The notes: generated by a model from the sequence alone, not told the origin. A DNA stretch of 64,000 nt from Pseudomonadota bacterium (GCA_041178425.1 JBEGVH010000006.1:96001-160000), one strand, 5' to 3'; positions 12,535-23,396 are shown, numbered from the stretch's first letter. Program-made: numbers and translations.

Positions 12535-13494
12535 ATGATTGAAGAGGAAAAGCTAACTGCATGGGCTCCTCAACTTGAGCCGGTTTTCTTGCAATGGCGT
12601 GCAAGATTGGATACGGGCCATCTGGACGAGTGGGAATTCGTGGCGGCTTACGTATTGATATTTATTTTTTTAAATCGACCACGCGAGAAATGGCCCAAAC
12701 AATCAGAAATCCAATTATCTTCGCATCAGAAGGATAATTTCAATTTTTTTTGTGCAACGGCGAGAGCTTTCTTAACTGGCTTGGGTGAGGAGTCGATGGC
12801 TTCTCGTTGGGAGAATTGCTTGCGTTGGATCTATGGCCCCATGAAAAATTTGCGGGGAGTTCCTGAAAAAGTTCTTCAGAGTCTTCGCTGTTGGCGCGAG
12901 GGCGACTATCAACTCAAAATGTTTCATCGTGTGCCATCGTCTCGCGAAATGCTTCGCTTTCAAAAGGAAGGGTGGCGTTGTGTGTCCGTTCTTCTTTCTG
13001 AAACTGAAATCAAAAAGCCAGTAGAAACGGGGCGTGATGTTTGGAGTTTTTGCCTCCATGATCTTCTTCATGCGAGTCATTTTTTTGGAGATAGCGAGGC
13101 CATTCATGCTCAAAGATATTTGTCGCATTTCTTCTTATCGGCATGGGAGTCCACCTCGATGGCCGATTGGATTGAGCAAGATCCACAATTTGCGGCGGAG
13201 TTTGAGTATGTGGCTGCAGATATGAACGCTCACCCTGTCTATGTGTGGATGAGCTTTTATGCGGCAGTTCTCGATTTCTTTAAGCGCTCAGTCGGGGGCG
13301 GCTCCGAAAACTCACTCACTCCAGAGCAAGAAAAGCAATGGATTGTTTTTTGGAATAATTGGTTAATAGAAATTTTTCCTGTGACATCCTCTCTTTATGA
13401 GGCTTTTGTTAACATTCCATTAATGCCCCGAGGGCAGCAGGATTTTTCTGCTCTTCAGAGGGAGTTGCTGCAGGTGGGGGCCAATGAGTTTTAA
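12535..13494 (+). CDS. Hypothetical protein with HDxxH motif
   Basis: Long ORF overlapping the downstream thioredoxin gene; 'FCLHDLLHASHF', 'DMNAHP'. Confidence 0.6.
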   Translation: MIEEEKLTAWAPQLEPVFLQWRARLDTGHLDEWEFVAAYVLIFIFLNRPREKWPKQSEIQLSSHQKDNFNFFCATARAFLTGLGEESMASRWENCLRWIYGPMKNLRGVPEKVLQSLRCWREGDYQLKMFHRVPSSREMLRFQKEGWRCVSVLLSETEIKKPVETGRDVWSFCLHDLLHASHFFGDSEAIHAQRYLSHFFLSAWESTSMADWIEQDPQFAAEFEYVAADMNAHPVYVWMSFYAAVLDFFKRSVGGGSENSLTPEQEKQWIVFWNNWLIEIFPVTSSLYEAFVNIPLMPRGQQDFSALQRELLQVGANEF

Positions 13495-14017
13495 TTGGAA
13501 GAGCAAGGTTGATTGGATTTTAAATATTGCTACCGTTTTTTTATTGTTTCTTATGCTCTGGCAGAGGGGTCCAGGAATTGTTGAACATTTTAAGGTCGAA
13601 AATCAATCAGCCCCTTCTTTTCGAGTTCCGCTCCTTGATGGGAATTTCCTCGTTTTAAACGAAAAAAAACAAAACGTGATTTTGGTTTTCTGGGCGACGT
13701 GGTGTGGGCCCTGCTCTCTCGAGCTTTCTCGCATTGACGAGATGATCAAAAATAAAGAAATTTCAGCGGACTCCATTTATGCCGTTTCAAGCAACGAGGA
13801 GCAAAGCCTTCTTGAAAAAGTGGTTGGGGAGCGAGGTTATAGTTTTAAAGTAGGTGTCGATGGTGATGGAAGCGTGGCATCACTCTTTGGTGTGAAAGGC
13901 ACGCCCACCATCGTTTTTATTAATGCCGAACAAAAAATTGATTGGATTACAACGGGATTGAGTCCGTTCTTGGGTCTCCGAATAAAACGATTTCTCGTTG
14001 CTAAAAACAAAACTTAA
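13484..14017 (+). CDS. TlpA-family thiol-disulfide oxidoreductase
   Basis: N-terminal TM helix, 'FWATWCGPC', 'GTPT'. Confidence 0.9.
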   Translation: MSFNWKSKVDWILNIATVFLLFLMLWQRGPGIVEHFKVENQSAPSFRVPLLDGNFLVLNEKKQNVILVFWATWCGPCSLELSRIDEMIKNKEISADSIYAVSSNEEQSLLEKVVGERGYSFKVGVDGDGSVASLFGVKGTPTIVFINAEQKIDWITTGLSPFLGLRIKRFLVAKNKT

Positions 14018-14784
14018 GTTCGATGCACCTGTCGAATGGCCGCTTGGGCCGTTGGATAAAGCACCAGTTCCTGAATATTCACGTGAGGCGGTCGTGAAAG
14101 GCACCAAGAAATAGTTTCGGCGATATCTTCTGCTTTTAATGGCGTCATACCGGCATATACTGCGTTGGCTTCTTCTTGTGTTCCAAGGCGCACGAGTGAA
14201 AACTCCGTTTCGACCATCCCAGGCTCAATATTGGTGATTCGAATATTTGTACCGCAGAGGTCTTGGCGAAGCCCTTCGGTGATGGCTCTCACTGCAAACT
14301 TGGTGGCGCAATAGACGGAGCCTCCTGGGTAAACCCACCGACCAGCCACTGAGCCTAAGTTAATGACATGGCCAAAATTATTGGTAAGCATTTTTGGAAG
14401 GAGTGAGCGGGTCAGATAGAGGAGTCCCTTGATATTGGTATCTATCATGGTGTCCCAGTCTTGAGGGTCGCAGGAATGAAAAGGTTCTGTTCCCTTTGCG
14501 AGGCCAGCGTTATTGATGAGCACGCTGAGGGTTTTAAGTTCGTTATCAAAAGTTTTGCACAGGCTTTGGATATCCTCCTTGCACTGCACGTCGCCGACAT
14601 GGGTGTTAATTGTCACGGAGGCGTTGAGTTGGCTAATTTCTAGCTTGAGATCGTTCAATTTGTTTTCGCGTCGGGCCATCAGCAGCAGGTCGTAGCCCTG
14701 CTGAGCCAGAGTTATCGCCGTTGATCGTCCAATCCCTGAAGAGGCTCCGCTAATAAAGGCGAGCCCTTTTTTTTGATTCAACAT
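14014..14784 (-). CDS. Short-chain dehydrogenase, YdfG-like
   Basis: 'SGASSGIG', 'NNAGLA', 'YCATK', 'IEPGMVET', 'PPHVNI'. Confidence 0.9.
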   Translation of the reverse strand: MLNQKKGLAFISGASSGIGRSTAITLAQQGYDLLLMARRENKLNDLKLEISQLNASVTINTHVGDVQCKEDIQSLCKTFDNELKTLSVLINNAGLAKGTEPFHSCDPQDWDTMIDTNIKGLLYLTRSLLPKMLTNNFGHVINLGSVAGRWVYPGGSVYCATKFAVRAITEGLRQDLCGTNIRITNIEPGMVETEFSLVRLGTQEEANAVYAGMTPLKAEDIAETISWCLSRPPHVNIQELVLYPTAQAAIRQVHRT

Positions 14785-15148
14785 AATCTCTCCGATTGGT
14801 TGGGTGAGGTTTTTTTGTGAAAGAATTGGTTAACCGAGACTCACTAGATCCGTCTAGAAAATTCAAAAAAGACTGTCATTTAGCGCTGTGGTTATATGAC
14901 ACCCATTTGATCATCTTCTAGTATCGCAGATGATCATAATGAGGTGTGAAGGAGTAGGGCTAAATGACTGTTGTTTTTAAAGATTTGGTTAAATAAACGC
15001 GTAACATAATAACTGTTTATCAAGTCTTTTAAGTTTTCTACATTTTTTGTTGAAGCTGCGCTTCAATTCGCAGTTCTTGATTGTTATTTTCATTTGATTG
15101 AACAAATCTGGACCTGGAAGAGTATTAACTAGGGAAGGAGAGCACTGT

Positions 15149-16945
15149 TTGGCTAACAAAGTGAATAGATTTACAGAGCTCTTTTTTGCATTTGTGTATC
15201 TTTTCTTTTCAGTCAATACTTTTGCCTCTTCGAGGGGTCGTTCCTCTTTTCAAAGACAGATGGGAGTACAGTCTCTCAATGTCAGTGAAAATGATGATTT
15301 TCTGTTAGCTTTTCTAAAAGCCATGGTGCAAGCGCAACCTCTGAGCCCGATGTCGGCAGAGCATGAGACCGGCTTTTTAGAGTGGATTCCTGACGGAAGC
15401 CTTATTTCTTCTGTTCCACCCGAATGTTTGCCAGAGACGTTTGAAAATCAAATTCTAAAAAAACGACCTCGAGCTTCTCAATTTGGAGAAATAGCCAGGG
15501 ATTATTTTAATCGTTGTGGCCCTGTTTTGAGTTCGAAAGCCACCGGTGGACTGATGGGATTGGTTGATTTTGCGATGGCCAGTTACCCATTTCTACAAAA
15601 CTCTCGAGTGCGCCCCACAATTTTTAAGTTCAGAGATGGTCTTCAAATCAATGGTTTTGTTGGCGTTAAAGACCAAAATCCACGCCCCTGGGTTATTTAC
15701 AAGTGTGGAGTTTTTTGCTCTGCCGACCCTCGAGGGGCCTCTCTCAAAAATTACCTGATACACCTGTTTGATCAATCGCCTTTTAATGTTATTCTTGTGG
15801 GTAATCGCACTGGCCGCGACTTTATCAAAAACAATCAACGCTTTAATTTTGGTGGCTATTATGAACATCAAGATTTTATCGACTTAGCTCGATGGCTTCG
15901 TGAAGAATCGCCGTATGCTCACTTGGTGTCGTCTGTTCACGTGGTGGCTGTCAGCTTAGCGGGCTCTGCCGCTTATCTCACCGAACAGCGACTCAGTCGT
16001 ATTGGCAGTACGCAGAAGCCATTGATTCAGTCGGTGACATCCTTGTGCGCGGTCTCTGATCTTCGGCCTACGGTAGAGAATATGTACCAAGAGGGATTAA
16101 AGGGATCTATTTTTTCTAAACTCACCTGGGCCAATATAGAATCAGTGCGAGGGTCGCTCCCTGGTATCGATAAAGTGATCGGACATCAAGAACCTGAAAT
16201 CGAACATTTCCCGCGGCTCCTCGGTAAACTGGCATCCCACTATATTCATAACGAGCACTATGGCTTAGGCGATGAAGATTTCATCGGCGACAAAGAAAAG
16301 AAGTTCTGGGAGCGCAGTCAGTATTCATCGTACACTCATGCGGCGCCGGTTCCGCTTTTTATTTGGGCGAGTGAGGATGATTCGGTGGTTGACTTTCAAA
16401 TCAATACCGGAAATTTGATGCGACAGAGAGCGAAAATTTCGGATTCGAATGTGGCCATTGTCGGTCTTGAAAAAGGCGATCATTGCGGGTTTGCGACAGC
16501 TTATGGGTATCCTGTGGCGGCTTCGTTGTTAAGGAGTTTTATACTCAATAATTCTCCAGAGTTTACTTCGCGGATGGAACAAAAATCGATTCCCTTTAAG
16601 GCGCCTAAATTTACTCTTCTCGAGGGTGAGCACATTATTGGCCATTGGTGGTCTGAAGCAACCAAAGATCGAACGAATTTGCAACTCAACTTTGAAGTTT
16701 ATGGAGTCGACGATTCCCTTTGTCCGATTGAATTGATGTACGAAGATATGGAAAATTGTCGCACTTTTGCTAAGGTTGAATTTTCCGAAGACTTTTTTGT
16801 TAAGTATGGTTTTAAAAAGCCAATCAACCTCATTGAGCGCGAGGCGATGATTCGCGAGCTTAATGCCAGAGTTTTCCCCTTGCTGAAGGGGGAGACGGTC
16901 GTGGGTGGAACGCAATGGCCCGACGAGCTGCGGGTTAAGTTTTAA
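15149..16945 (+). CDS. Exported alpha/beta-hydrolase-fold protein (YheT-like)
   Basis: Signal-like N-terminus; candidate triad 'AVSLAG' / 'EDDSVV' / 'GDHCGF'. RBS AAGGAG before TTG at 15149. Confidence 0.6.
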   Translation: MANKVNRFTELFFAFVYLFFSVNTFASSRGRSSFQRQMGVQSLNVSENDDFLLAFLKAMVQAQPLSPMSAEHETGFLEWIPDGSLISSVPPECLPETFENQILKKRPRASQFGEIARDYFNRCGPVLSSKATGGLMGLVDFAMASYPFLQNSRVRPTIFKFRDGLQINGFVGVKDQNPRPWVIYKCGVFCSADPRGASLKNYLIHLFDQSPFNVILVGNRTGRDFIKNNQRFNFGGYYEHQDFIDLARWLREESPYAHLVSSVHVVAVSLAGSAAYLTEQRLSRIGSTQKPLIQSVTSLCAVSDLRPTVENMYQEGLKGSIFSKLTWANIESVRGSLPGIDKVIGHQEPEIEHFPRLLGKLASHYIHNEHYGLGDEDFIGDKEKKFWERSQYSSYTHAAPVPLFIWASEDDSVVDFQINTGNLMRQRAKISDSNVAIVGLEKGDHCGFATAYGYPVAASLLRSFILNNSPEFTSRMEQKSIPFKAPKFTLLEGEHIIGHWWSEATKDRTNLQLNFEVYGVDDSLCPIELMYEDMENCRTFAKVEFSEDFFVKYGFKKPINLIEREAMIRELNARVFPLLKGETVVGGTQWPDELRVKF

Positions 16946-17279
16946 GTTGTTCTTCAATCTCTAGTAAAAATTTATTTAAGTCCGGTTTGAGAGTGCGAAA
17001 GAGTTCTTGAGCTTTCAGTTTTTCATTCGCTCTTCCCGCTTGTTCAATAGCAAAGGCTGCATCAATTAAAGGTCGGCACAAAAAGATAGCGAGCGAGCCT
17101 TTCAGTGTATGTGCGGTGAGTGTGATTTCATCCGTCAGTGGAGAATTAAAGGCCATTTCAAGGTTTTGAATTTGCTTTGGAAGAACTCGCATTGTGAGCT
17201 TTAAGGTGTCATTGAGGAGTTGCTGATCGTTGCCAAGGCTTTTTAAAACAGAGGGTAGATCGAGATAATGAGTGATCAT
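16935..17279 (-). CDS. Stand-alone Hpt (histidine phosphotransfer) protein
   Basis: 'AHTLKGS' Hpt motif; probable leaderless start at 17279. Confidence 0.85.
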   Translation of the reverse strand: MITHYLDLPSVLKSLGNDQQLLNDTLKLTMRVLPKQIQNLEMAFNSPLTDEITLTAHTLKGSLAIFLCRPLIDAAFAIEQAGRANEKLKAQELFRTLKPDLNKFLLEIEEQLKT

Positions 17280-17326
17280 TGGTGTTATTCTAGAAAAAAC
17301 CATCTCCCTCTGCAAGGAAATTTATG

Positions 17327-17608
17327 TCAAAACTGAAGTGGATTGATGTCTTGTTTGTTAGCTTCAGTTTCTAAGAGATCGATGCAGATTCCTGAGAGTT
17401 CATCAAAGTCGTCGGTTCTCAGAATTTCACTTTGCTCGTTCATGCAAGATTGAATAAAAAATGAATCCCTAGTGCAGAGGTCGCCTGCGACTTCTTGTGA
17501 AACATCAAATTTGTTTGAGAGATCGGCCTTGCAGGCCTCATTATTGGCGCTTGCAGCGAGGGAAGACAGGGATAGCGCCAAACTTAGAAAAATAGTTTTA
17601 ATCTGCAT
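17327..17608 (-). CDS. Small secreted Cys-containing hypothetical protein
   Basis: RBS AAGGA; signal peptide MQIKTIFLSLALSLSSLAASA; four Cys. Confidence 0.65.
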   Translation of the reverse strand: MQIKTIFLSLALSLSSLAASANNEACKADLSNKFDVSQEVAGDLCTRDSFFIQSCMNEQSEILRTDDFDELSGICIDLLETEANKQDINPLQF

Positions 17609-17799
17609 GTGGGATCCTTCTTTTTTGAGTTCTTGCTTTCTGAGCATTCAGGAGCTGTGCCAACCCGTTGAGAGATTCTTGGGGTGAGGGAATTCGATTT
17701 GTTGTTAAACATTTGGTGAACGAGCAAAAAAATGTCACCATAATAAAAGTGAGTGTTCTGTGAGCGAGTGGTCTCTTTTGTTTTTTTGTTTGGGGAGGG

Positions 17800-18471
17800 G
17801 TGTCCATGACAGGTCATCGAACTGGGGTTTTGGTTTTTTTGATACTAGGTTCGTTATTAGTTGTGGCTTCGAAGATGTATTTGAAGCCATTTAAGAGCCC
17901 CAGTTCCTATGTGTACTTTGTCAGTCCTTCGCGACAGTTAGAACACTTCACCTTTGGTTATCGAGAGCTCGTAGCAGATATGATGTGGTTGCGAGCGATT
18001 CAGGATCTTGATCAGTGTGACCAAAAACTTGCCGAAGGTGAAAATTGTAACAACTCATGGGCTTATAAAATGGTCGATAAAATCACAGATCTTTCGCCGC
18101 GATTTCGAATTATTTATGCGACCGTACCAGTGATGTTGTCAGTGACTGTCAATGATCAAAAAGGGGCTATTCAACTTCTCGAAAAAGGCATTAAAAATTT
18201 TCCTAATGATTGGCCTATTCTCTATAAGGGTGGCTATCTCTTTCTTTTTGAGCAAGGCGATAAACTTAAGGCGGCTGAGTACTTTCTTCGGGCTCAGCAA
18301 AATGGGGCCCCAGATTGGATTGCGAGCCTGGCGACTAAACTTTATTCAGAGGCGGGGCGCCGGGAGTTGGCTGAGCAATTGGTGGCGGAATATGAGGAGA
18401 AAGGGTTCGATTCGTCTATTTTAGAACGGATGAAAAATCACCTCGATGAGGCCAATCAAAAGATAAAATAG
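17800..18471 (+). CDS. Membrane-anchored TPR-like protein, resembling deltaproteobacterial pilus-accessory PilG-like proteins
   Basis: N-terminal TM, 'VADMMWLRAIQ', 'ITDLSPRF', 'LEKGIKNFPNDW' helical repeats. Family call is from memory. Confidence 0.55.
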   Translation: MSMTGHRTGVLVFLILGSLLVVASKMYLKPFKSPSSYVYFVSPSRQLEHFTFGYRELVADMMWLRAIQDLDQCDQKLAEGENCNNSWAYKMVDKITDLSPRFRIIYATVPVMLSVTVNDQKGAIQLLEKGIKNFPNDWPILYKGGYLFLFEQGDKLKAAEYFLRAQQNGAPDWIASLATKLYSEAGRRELAEQLVAEYEEKGFDSSILERMKNHLDEANQKIK

Positions 18472-18510
18472 GTATTCCTTCAATTGTTTGAATTTGTTGG
18501 GGTTGATTCG

Positions 18511-18538
18511 TTGACAAAGCTCACAGACACCTCATATT
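18511..18538 (+). promoter_or_regulatory. Candidate heat-shock (sigma32-like) promoter of dnaJ
   Basis: TTGACA-N13-CCTCATAT resembles CTTGAA-N13/14-CCCCATNT. Confidence 0.4.
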
Positions 18539-18568
18539 GAAAACGTCTGACTTATTGAAGGAGCGAGA

Positions 18569-19687
18569 ATGTCTCAGCCTCGGGATTTTTATGAAGTTTT
18601 AGGTGTTTCCAAAGACGCCGATCAAGATGTGATTAAAAAAGCATACCGCAAGATGGCTATGCAGTTTCACCCAGATAAAAACCCTGGTAACAAAGAGGCC
18701 GAAGAGAAGTTCAAAGAGGCGGCGGCTGCCTATGAAGTGCTCAGCGACGAAGATAAAAGGGCGCGTTATGACCGTTTTGGTCACCAGGCTTTTTCTGGCG
18801 GTGCTGGTGGCTCGCAAGGCTTTCATGATGTTGAAGATATTTTTGCTCAATTTGGTGACATCTTTGGTGATTTTTTTGGAATGGGTGCTGGTGGAGGGCG
18901 ACGTCGTAAAGACCCTAATCAACCCAGAAAAGGGGCTGACCTCCGCTACGTGATGGAGATTGGCCTTGATGATGTGGTGAACGGCATCGAGAGAGAAGTA
19001 GAGTACGATTGTGATGAGTCTTGCAAGGAGTGCAACGGCTCGGGAGCAGAGAAGGGGAGTACGGTAGAGACTTGTTCAACGTGCGGAGGGCAGGGCCAAG
19101 TCATTCGTGCTCAGGGATTTTTTCAGATGGCGACAACCTGTCCGAGCTGTCATGGGCAAGGGCAAACAATCAAGCATAAGTGCAAGAGTTGCCGCGGTAG
19201 CGGGAGAACTCAAAAACACCGTAAAATTAGGGTTACCATTCCTGCGGGCGTTGACTCTGGAACGCGCTTGAGAGTCTCAGGAGAAGGTGAGGGCGGTTAT
19301 CGAGGGGGGCCTTCGGGAGATCTTTACGTCGAAATTCGAGTTAAAGATCACGATATATTTGAGCGTCGTGATCACGATCTCATTGGTGAGCTAAAGGTTT
19401 CTTACCTTAAGGCCATTCTCGGTGGAGAAATGGACGTTGAAACTGTGACATCTCACGAGACCATTAATATTCCTAAAGGAAGTCAGGTTGGAGATCTCAT
19501 AAAGCTTTCAGGGCACGGTGTTCCCACTCTTCGAGGCGGACGTCGAGGCGACATTTATTATCAAATTAACATCGATATTCCTAAAAAGCTGGATTCTGAA
19601 GAAGAGAAAATGCTTAGGAAAATCGCAGAAATCCGTAGCGAAAAGGCCGGAAATGCGGGTTCAAGCTTTTTTGGTCGAAAAAAATAA
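18569..19687 (+). CDS. dnaJ: Chaperone DnaJ
   Basis: J-domain HPD, G/F region, four CxxCxGxG repeats. Confidence 0.98.
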   Translation: MSQPRDFYEVLGVSKDADQDVIKKAYRKMAMQFHPDKNPGNKEAEEKFKEAAAAYEVLSDEDKRARYDRFGHQAFSGGAGGSQGFHDVEDIFAQFGDIFGDFFGMGAGGGRRRKDPNQPRKGADLRYVMEIGLDDVVNGIEREVEYDCDESCKECNGSGAEKGSTVETCSTCGGQGQVIRAQGFFQMATTCPSCHGQGQTIKHKCKSCRGSGRTQKHRKIRVTIPAGVDSGTRLRVSGEGEGGYRGGPSGDLYVEIRVKDHDIFERRDHDLIGELKVSYLKAILGGEMDVETVTSHETINIPKGSQVGDLIKLSGHGVPTLRGGRRGDIYYQINIDIPKKLDSEEEKMLRKIAEIRSEKAGNAGSSFFGRKK

Positions 19688-19705
19688 CTCAATTAGGGGT
19701 TGGAC

Positions 19706-19733
19706 CTTGACGGATTCAATTACAGCCCCAAAT
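19706..19733 (+). promoter_or_regulatory. Candidate heat-shock (sigma32-like) promoter of dnaK
   Basis: CTTGAC-N14-CCCCAAAT in the dnaJ-dnaK intergenic region. Confidence 0.45.
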
Positions 19734-19799
19734 TGGTTATAGATAGTTAAATAAACCAACTAAAACATTGATTTAAGGTTTACAACAGTAGGAGTTTTT

Positions 19800-21710
19800 A
19801 TGGGTAAAATTATTGGAATAGATTTAGGAACAACCAATTCAGTTGTTTCTATTATGGAAGGTGGCGAGGCAAAAGTTTTAGTGAATGAAGAAGGCGCTCG
19901 CACAACTCCTTCAGTGGTTGCATTTACTAAAGATGGTCAGCGTTTAGTGGGTCAGATTGCTAAGCGACAGGCTGTAACCAATCCTGAAAATACGATTTAT
20001 TCAGCAAAGCGTTTTGTTGGTCGTCGCTTTGAAGAAGTTCAAGAAGAGACTAAACTTGTTCCATATAATGTTGTTACTAAAGGTAACGATTGTGCCTTTG
20101 ATGTTCAGGGTAAAAAAGTTTCTCCTGAAGAAATTGGTGCCGCCGTTCTCGGAAAACTTAAAAAAGTGGCCGAAGATTATCTCGGCGAAGAAGTAACTGA
20201 GGCTGTCATTACAGTTCCTGCGTACTTTAACGATGCTCAAAGACAAGCCACTAAAGATGCCGGTCGTATTGCGGGTCTTGATGTAAAGCGTATTATCAAC
20301 GAGCCAACGGCCGCTGCCCTTGCTTATGGCCTTGATAAAAAGAAAGACGAAAAAATTGTTATTTACGACTTTGGCGGTGGGACATTCGATATTTCTATTC
20401 TTGAAGTTGGTGATGGTGTCGTAGAAGTTCAATCAACGAATGGTGACACTCACCTTGGTGGTGACAACTTTGATCATCGCATTCTCGAATGGCTCATTAC
20501 TGAGTTCAAAAAAGAGAGTGGTATTGATTTAAAAAATGATAAAATGGCATTACAGCGTTTAAAAGAAGGGGCTGAAAAAGCAAAGATTGAACTTTCAACG
20601 GCTCAGGAGTCTGAGATCAATCTTCCTTTCATCACTGCTGACCAAAGCGGTCCTAAGCATTTGCAGATGAAATTGACTCGTGCAAAGTTCGAGCAAATGA
20701 CCGAAGATCTCGTTAAGCGCTCAATGGAGCCTTGCCGTAAAGCTCTTGAAGACGCTGGTTTGAAGGCCTCTCAAATTGACGAAGTCGTTCTTGTGGGTGG
20801 TTCAACGCGTATTCCTGCTATTCAAAAGGCTGTTAAAGATTTCTTTGGCAAGGAACCAAACCGCACAGTGAATCCTGATGAAGTAGTTGCTATTGGTGCG
20901 GCTATTCAGGGTGGAGTTCTTTCTGGGGATGTAAAAGAAGTTCTTCTTCTTGATGTGACTCCTTTGTCTCTCGGAATCGAGACTCTGGGTGGTGTGATGA
21001 CGGCCTTGATCGAAAGAAACACGGCGATTCCAACAAAGAAAACTCAGGTTTTCTCGACGGCAGCAGATAATCAGCCAGGTGTTGAAATTCACGTTGTTCA
21101 GGGTGAAAGAAAGATGGCTGCTGATAATAAAACCTTGGGTCGCTTTGAGCTTACTGGCTTGCCACCAGCGCCACGAGGAGTTCCTCAGGTAGAAGTTATT
21201 TTTGATATCGACGCCAATGGTATCTTAAATGTTTCTGCAACAGATAAAGGAACTGGCAAGCAACAGGCTATTAAGATTACAGCTCAGTCTGGCTTAAACG
21301 AAGAAGATATCAAGCGCGCTGTGCGTGAAGCGGAAGAACATGCTGCTGAAGATAAAGAAAGACAAGAGCGCGCGACTCAGTTGAATAACCTTGATAACTT
21401 GGTTTATCAAACAGAGAAGCTTGTGAAAGAAAACGGTTCTAGTTTGCCGGCGGCGGATGTTAAGTCTGCAGAAGATTCTGTTGCTAAAGCAAAGAAGGCT
21501 ATTGAAGCTAAAGCAGCTCTTGCTGAATTGAAAGTGGCTCATGATGAATTGATGGTTATCAGCCAAAAATTATCGACTGAGCTTTATAAGAAGGCAGGAG
21601 CGACGGGTGAGCAAGGTGCTGGTCCGCAGGCTGGTGCTGAAGGTGCTGCGTCTGGAGCGAAGCAAGGCGGCGACGATGTTATCGATGCCGACTATAAAGA
21701 TGTGAATTAA
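19800..21710 (+). CDS. dnaK: Chaperone DnaK (Hsp70)
   Basis: 'GIDLGTTNS', 'TVPAYFND', 'DFGGGTFD', 'NPDEVVA'; C-terminal '[10 protein letters not shown]'. Confidence 0.99.
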   Translation: MGKIIGIDLGTTNSVVSIMEGGEAKVLVNEEGARTTPSVVAFTKDGQRLVGQIAKRQAVTNPENTIYSAKRFVGRRFEEVQEETKLVPYNVVTKGNDCAFDVQGKKVSPEEIGAAVLGKLKKVAEDYLGEEVTEAVITVPAYFNDAQRQATKDAGRIAGLDVKRIINEPTAAALAYGLDKKKDEKIVIYDFGGGTFDISILEVGDGVVEVQSTNGDTHLGGDNFDHRILEWLITEFKKESGIDLKNDKMALQRLKEGAEKAKIELSTAQESEINLPFITADQSGPKHLQMKLTRAKFEQMTEDLVKRSMEPCRKALEDAGLKASQIDEVVLVGGSTRIPAIQKAVKDFFGKEPNRTVNPDEVVAIGAAIQGGVLSGDVKEVLLLDVTPLSLGIETLGGVMTALIERNTAIPTKKTQVFSTAADNQPGVEIHVVQGERKMAADNKTLGRFELTGLPPAPRGVPQVEVIFDIDANGILNVSATDKGTGKQQAIKITAQSGLNEEDIKRAVREAEEHAAEDKERQERATQLNNLDNLVYQTEKLVKENGSSLPAADVKSAEDSVAKAKKAIEAKAALAELKVAHDELMVISQKLSTELYKKAGATGEQGAGPQAGAEGAASGAKQGGDDVIDADYKDVN

Positions 21711-21736
21711 GAATTAACGTTTAAATAAGTTCCTGC

Positions 21737-21769
21737 AAAAAAGCCTGAATGATGAATTCAGGCTTTTTT
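21737..21769. terminator. Intrinsic terminator after dnaK
   Basis: A6-GCCTGAAT-gatga-ATTCAGGC-T6. Confidence 0.9.
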
Positions 21770-21864
21770 ATTTCATTGCAATTCCGATTAGATAACCCTA
21801 GTTTGAAACAGCAGAAGCAGAAGTCATTGGTTTTTGCTTCTACACTCTTTCTTGGGGTATTTTT

Positions 21865-22383
21865 ATGATAAAAAATAAAACTTTGATCGACGCCTTTTGG
21901 ATTGTTTTGTTGTTGGTTGTATCTAGACTCGTTCCGCACTGGCCGAATGTGACGGCATTAGGAGCGACAGTTCTATTGGCTCCTCGGTGGTTCCGCGATA
22001 ATAAATTGGTTTTGTTGGTTCCACTTGTTGCGATGCTTGTGTCTGACTCTCTCATAGGTTTTCACGAAACTATGATCTATACTTATTCAGCGGTTTTCAT
22101 GGTGAGTTGGTTGTCGTTAAATGCAAAAGAGACTTCCAAGTTGTCTCAGTGGGTGAGTTGGGGGCTATTTTCAAGTCTGAGTTTTTTTGTAATTACTAAT
22201 TTTGGTGTTTGGCTGGCTTCGGGAATGTATGCAAAGTCGCTTTCGGGGCTCATCTTATGTTACTGGAACGCACTTCCATTTCTTGGTTATGAGATGCTAG
22301 GTACATCATTGTATTTGGCTGTGGGGATTATCACGCGACAACTCTGGGTAGAGGCGATATCAAGCTCGGTTGATGTTCATTAA
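21865..22383 (+). CDS. DUF6580-like putative solitary ECF S-component (vitamin-transporter-like) membrane protein
   Basis: 'SRLVPHWPNVT', 'AMLVSD..IGF', 'FFVITNFGVW', 'GLILCY..ALPF'; about 6 TM segments. Confidence 0.65.
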   Translation: MIKNKTLIDAFWIVLLLVVSRLVPHWPNVTALGATVLLAPRWFRDNKLVLLVPLVAMLVSDSLIGFHETMIYTYSAVFMVSWLSLNAKETSKLSQWVSWGLFSSLSFFVITNFGVWLASGMYAKSLSGLILCYWNALPFLGYEMLGTSLYLAVGIITRQLWVEAISSSVDVH

Positions 22384-22484
22384 GGCATTTTTTTCAAAGT
22401 TGGGTTGGATCGGCTCAATTCAAATATTTTTATAGCGAGTCGATACGTAAGATGTTACGCCGTGGACCTCCTAGAGGGGGTCTT

Positions 22485-23303
22485 ATGTCGCATGCTTTAT
22501 CTCAAATGTTGATTGCCATTTTTATCTTGGGTTCATGGTCTTCGTTTGCTTTGGCAGACACTTGCGATGATCCATCTCGGATGCCTGCCGTTTGTCGCGA
22601 GATGCGCCATTTGCGTAGCCAAATTTTATTGTTGGGTGCTCAGCGAGATACGTTGCAAATCAATTATGATCTTTTAAAGGTGGTTGCCGAGGAAATGAAG
22701 GCTGGTTCTAGCCGAGCTATTGGTCATCTTAAAGGTGATAGCACGCATGGGATTGGTCTTGTTGGAGTTCAAGCTTTAGCCTTTGATTTGATCGATGAAG
22801 CCACACAGAAAAAGGGTGATGCTTTTGTTACGGCCAATAAGATCCAACAGCAATGCAATAACTGCCATAACAATGCCTCCCCTACGAGTGGTCATCGCTG
22901 GGATGATATTTTCAAAAGTGATTGGTCTGTGATTTATAAAAAATGTAATTCACCGGAGCGAAATCCTCTTCTCTGTAAGAATATGCATGCGATGTTTAGT
23001 TACTATAGTGGATTCTTTACGGCTTATCAGTTAGGGGTTCAGAATTTCGAACTCACGGAGCGTTCTGCGATCGAGATTGCGAAAATTGCAATTACACTCA
23101 AAGAAAACAATTTGCTCCACGGGCTTGGTGAAACGATGGATTCCGTTGCAACCGAGGCAAAAGAGGTTGCTCAGTTAGCGAAAAATAAAGATCCCGACAC
23201 ATTTACTCGGGCTTTGGCGATCACTCAGTCATGCATGAGATGTCATGCTGATCGCGACTTGTCCTCTCCAAAAACATCCATTCGCCTAAAGTCACTTCGA
23301 TAG
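22485..23303 (+). CDS. Secreted diheme c-type cytochrome (two tandem four-helix-bundle modules)
   Basis: Signal peptide; CNNCH and CMRCH, each at the C-end of a ~125 aa helical repeat. Confidence 0.75.
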   Translation: MSHALSQMLIAIFILGSWSSFALADTCDDPSRMPAVCREMRHLRSQILLLGAQRDTLQINYDLLKVVAEEMKAGSSRAIGHLKGDSTHGIGLVGVQALAFDLIDEATQKKGDAFVTANKIQQQCNNCHNNASPTSGHRWDDIFKSDWSVIYKKCNSPERNPLLCKNMHAMFSYYSGFFTAYQLGVQNFELTERSAIEIAKIAITLKENNLLHGLGETMDSVATEAKEVAQLAKNKDPDTFTRALAITQSCMRCHADRDLSSPKTSIRLKSLR

Positions 23304-23330
23304 GCCGTCTTTCATTGCGGGTGCGGATCA

Positions 23331-23396
23331 CGAACGGGGACGCGAACAGGGACGGACGCGAACAGGACGAACAGGGACGGAGTCCGACTTCCGTCC
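23331..23396 (+). repeat. Left RAYT-flanking array: 4 degenerate CGAAC(A/G)GG(G)AC units ending in hairpin GGACGGA-N8-TCCGTCC
   Basis: Units start at 23331, 23343, 23359 and 23368; hairpin at 23375-23396. Confidence 0.75.

Noticed and set aside
21811..21843. Cobalamin riboswitch ahead of the S-component-like gene
   Set aside because: Only one hairpin (AGAAGCAGAA...TTTTGCTTCT) in a leader of about 55 nt; no B12-box and too short.
23331..23396. CRISPR-like mini-array
   Set aside because: Units are 9-16 bp, contiguous, with no unique spacers, and there are no cas genes.
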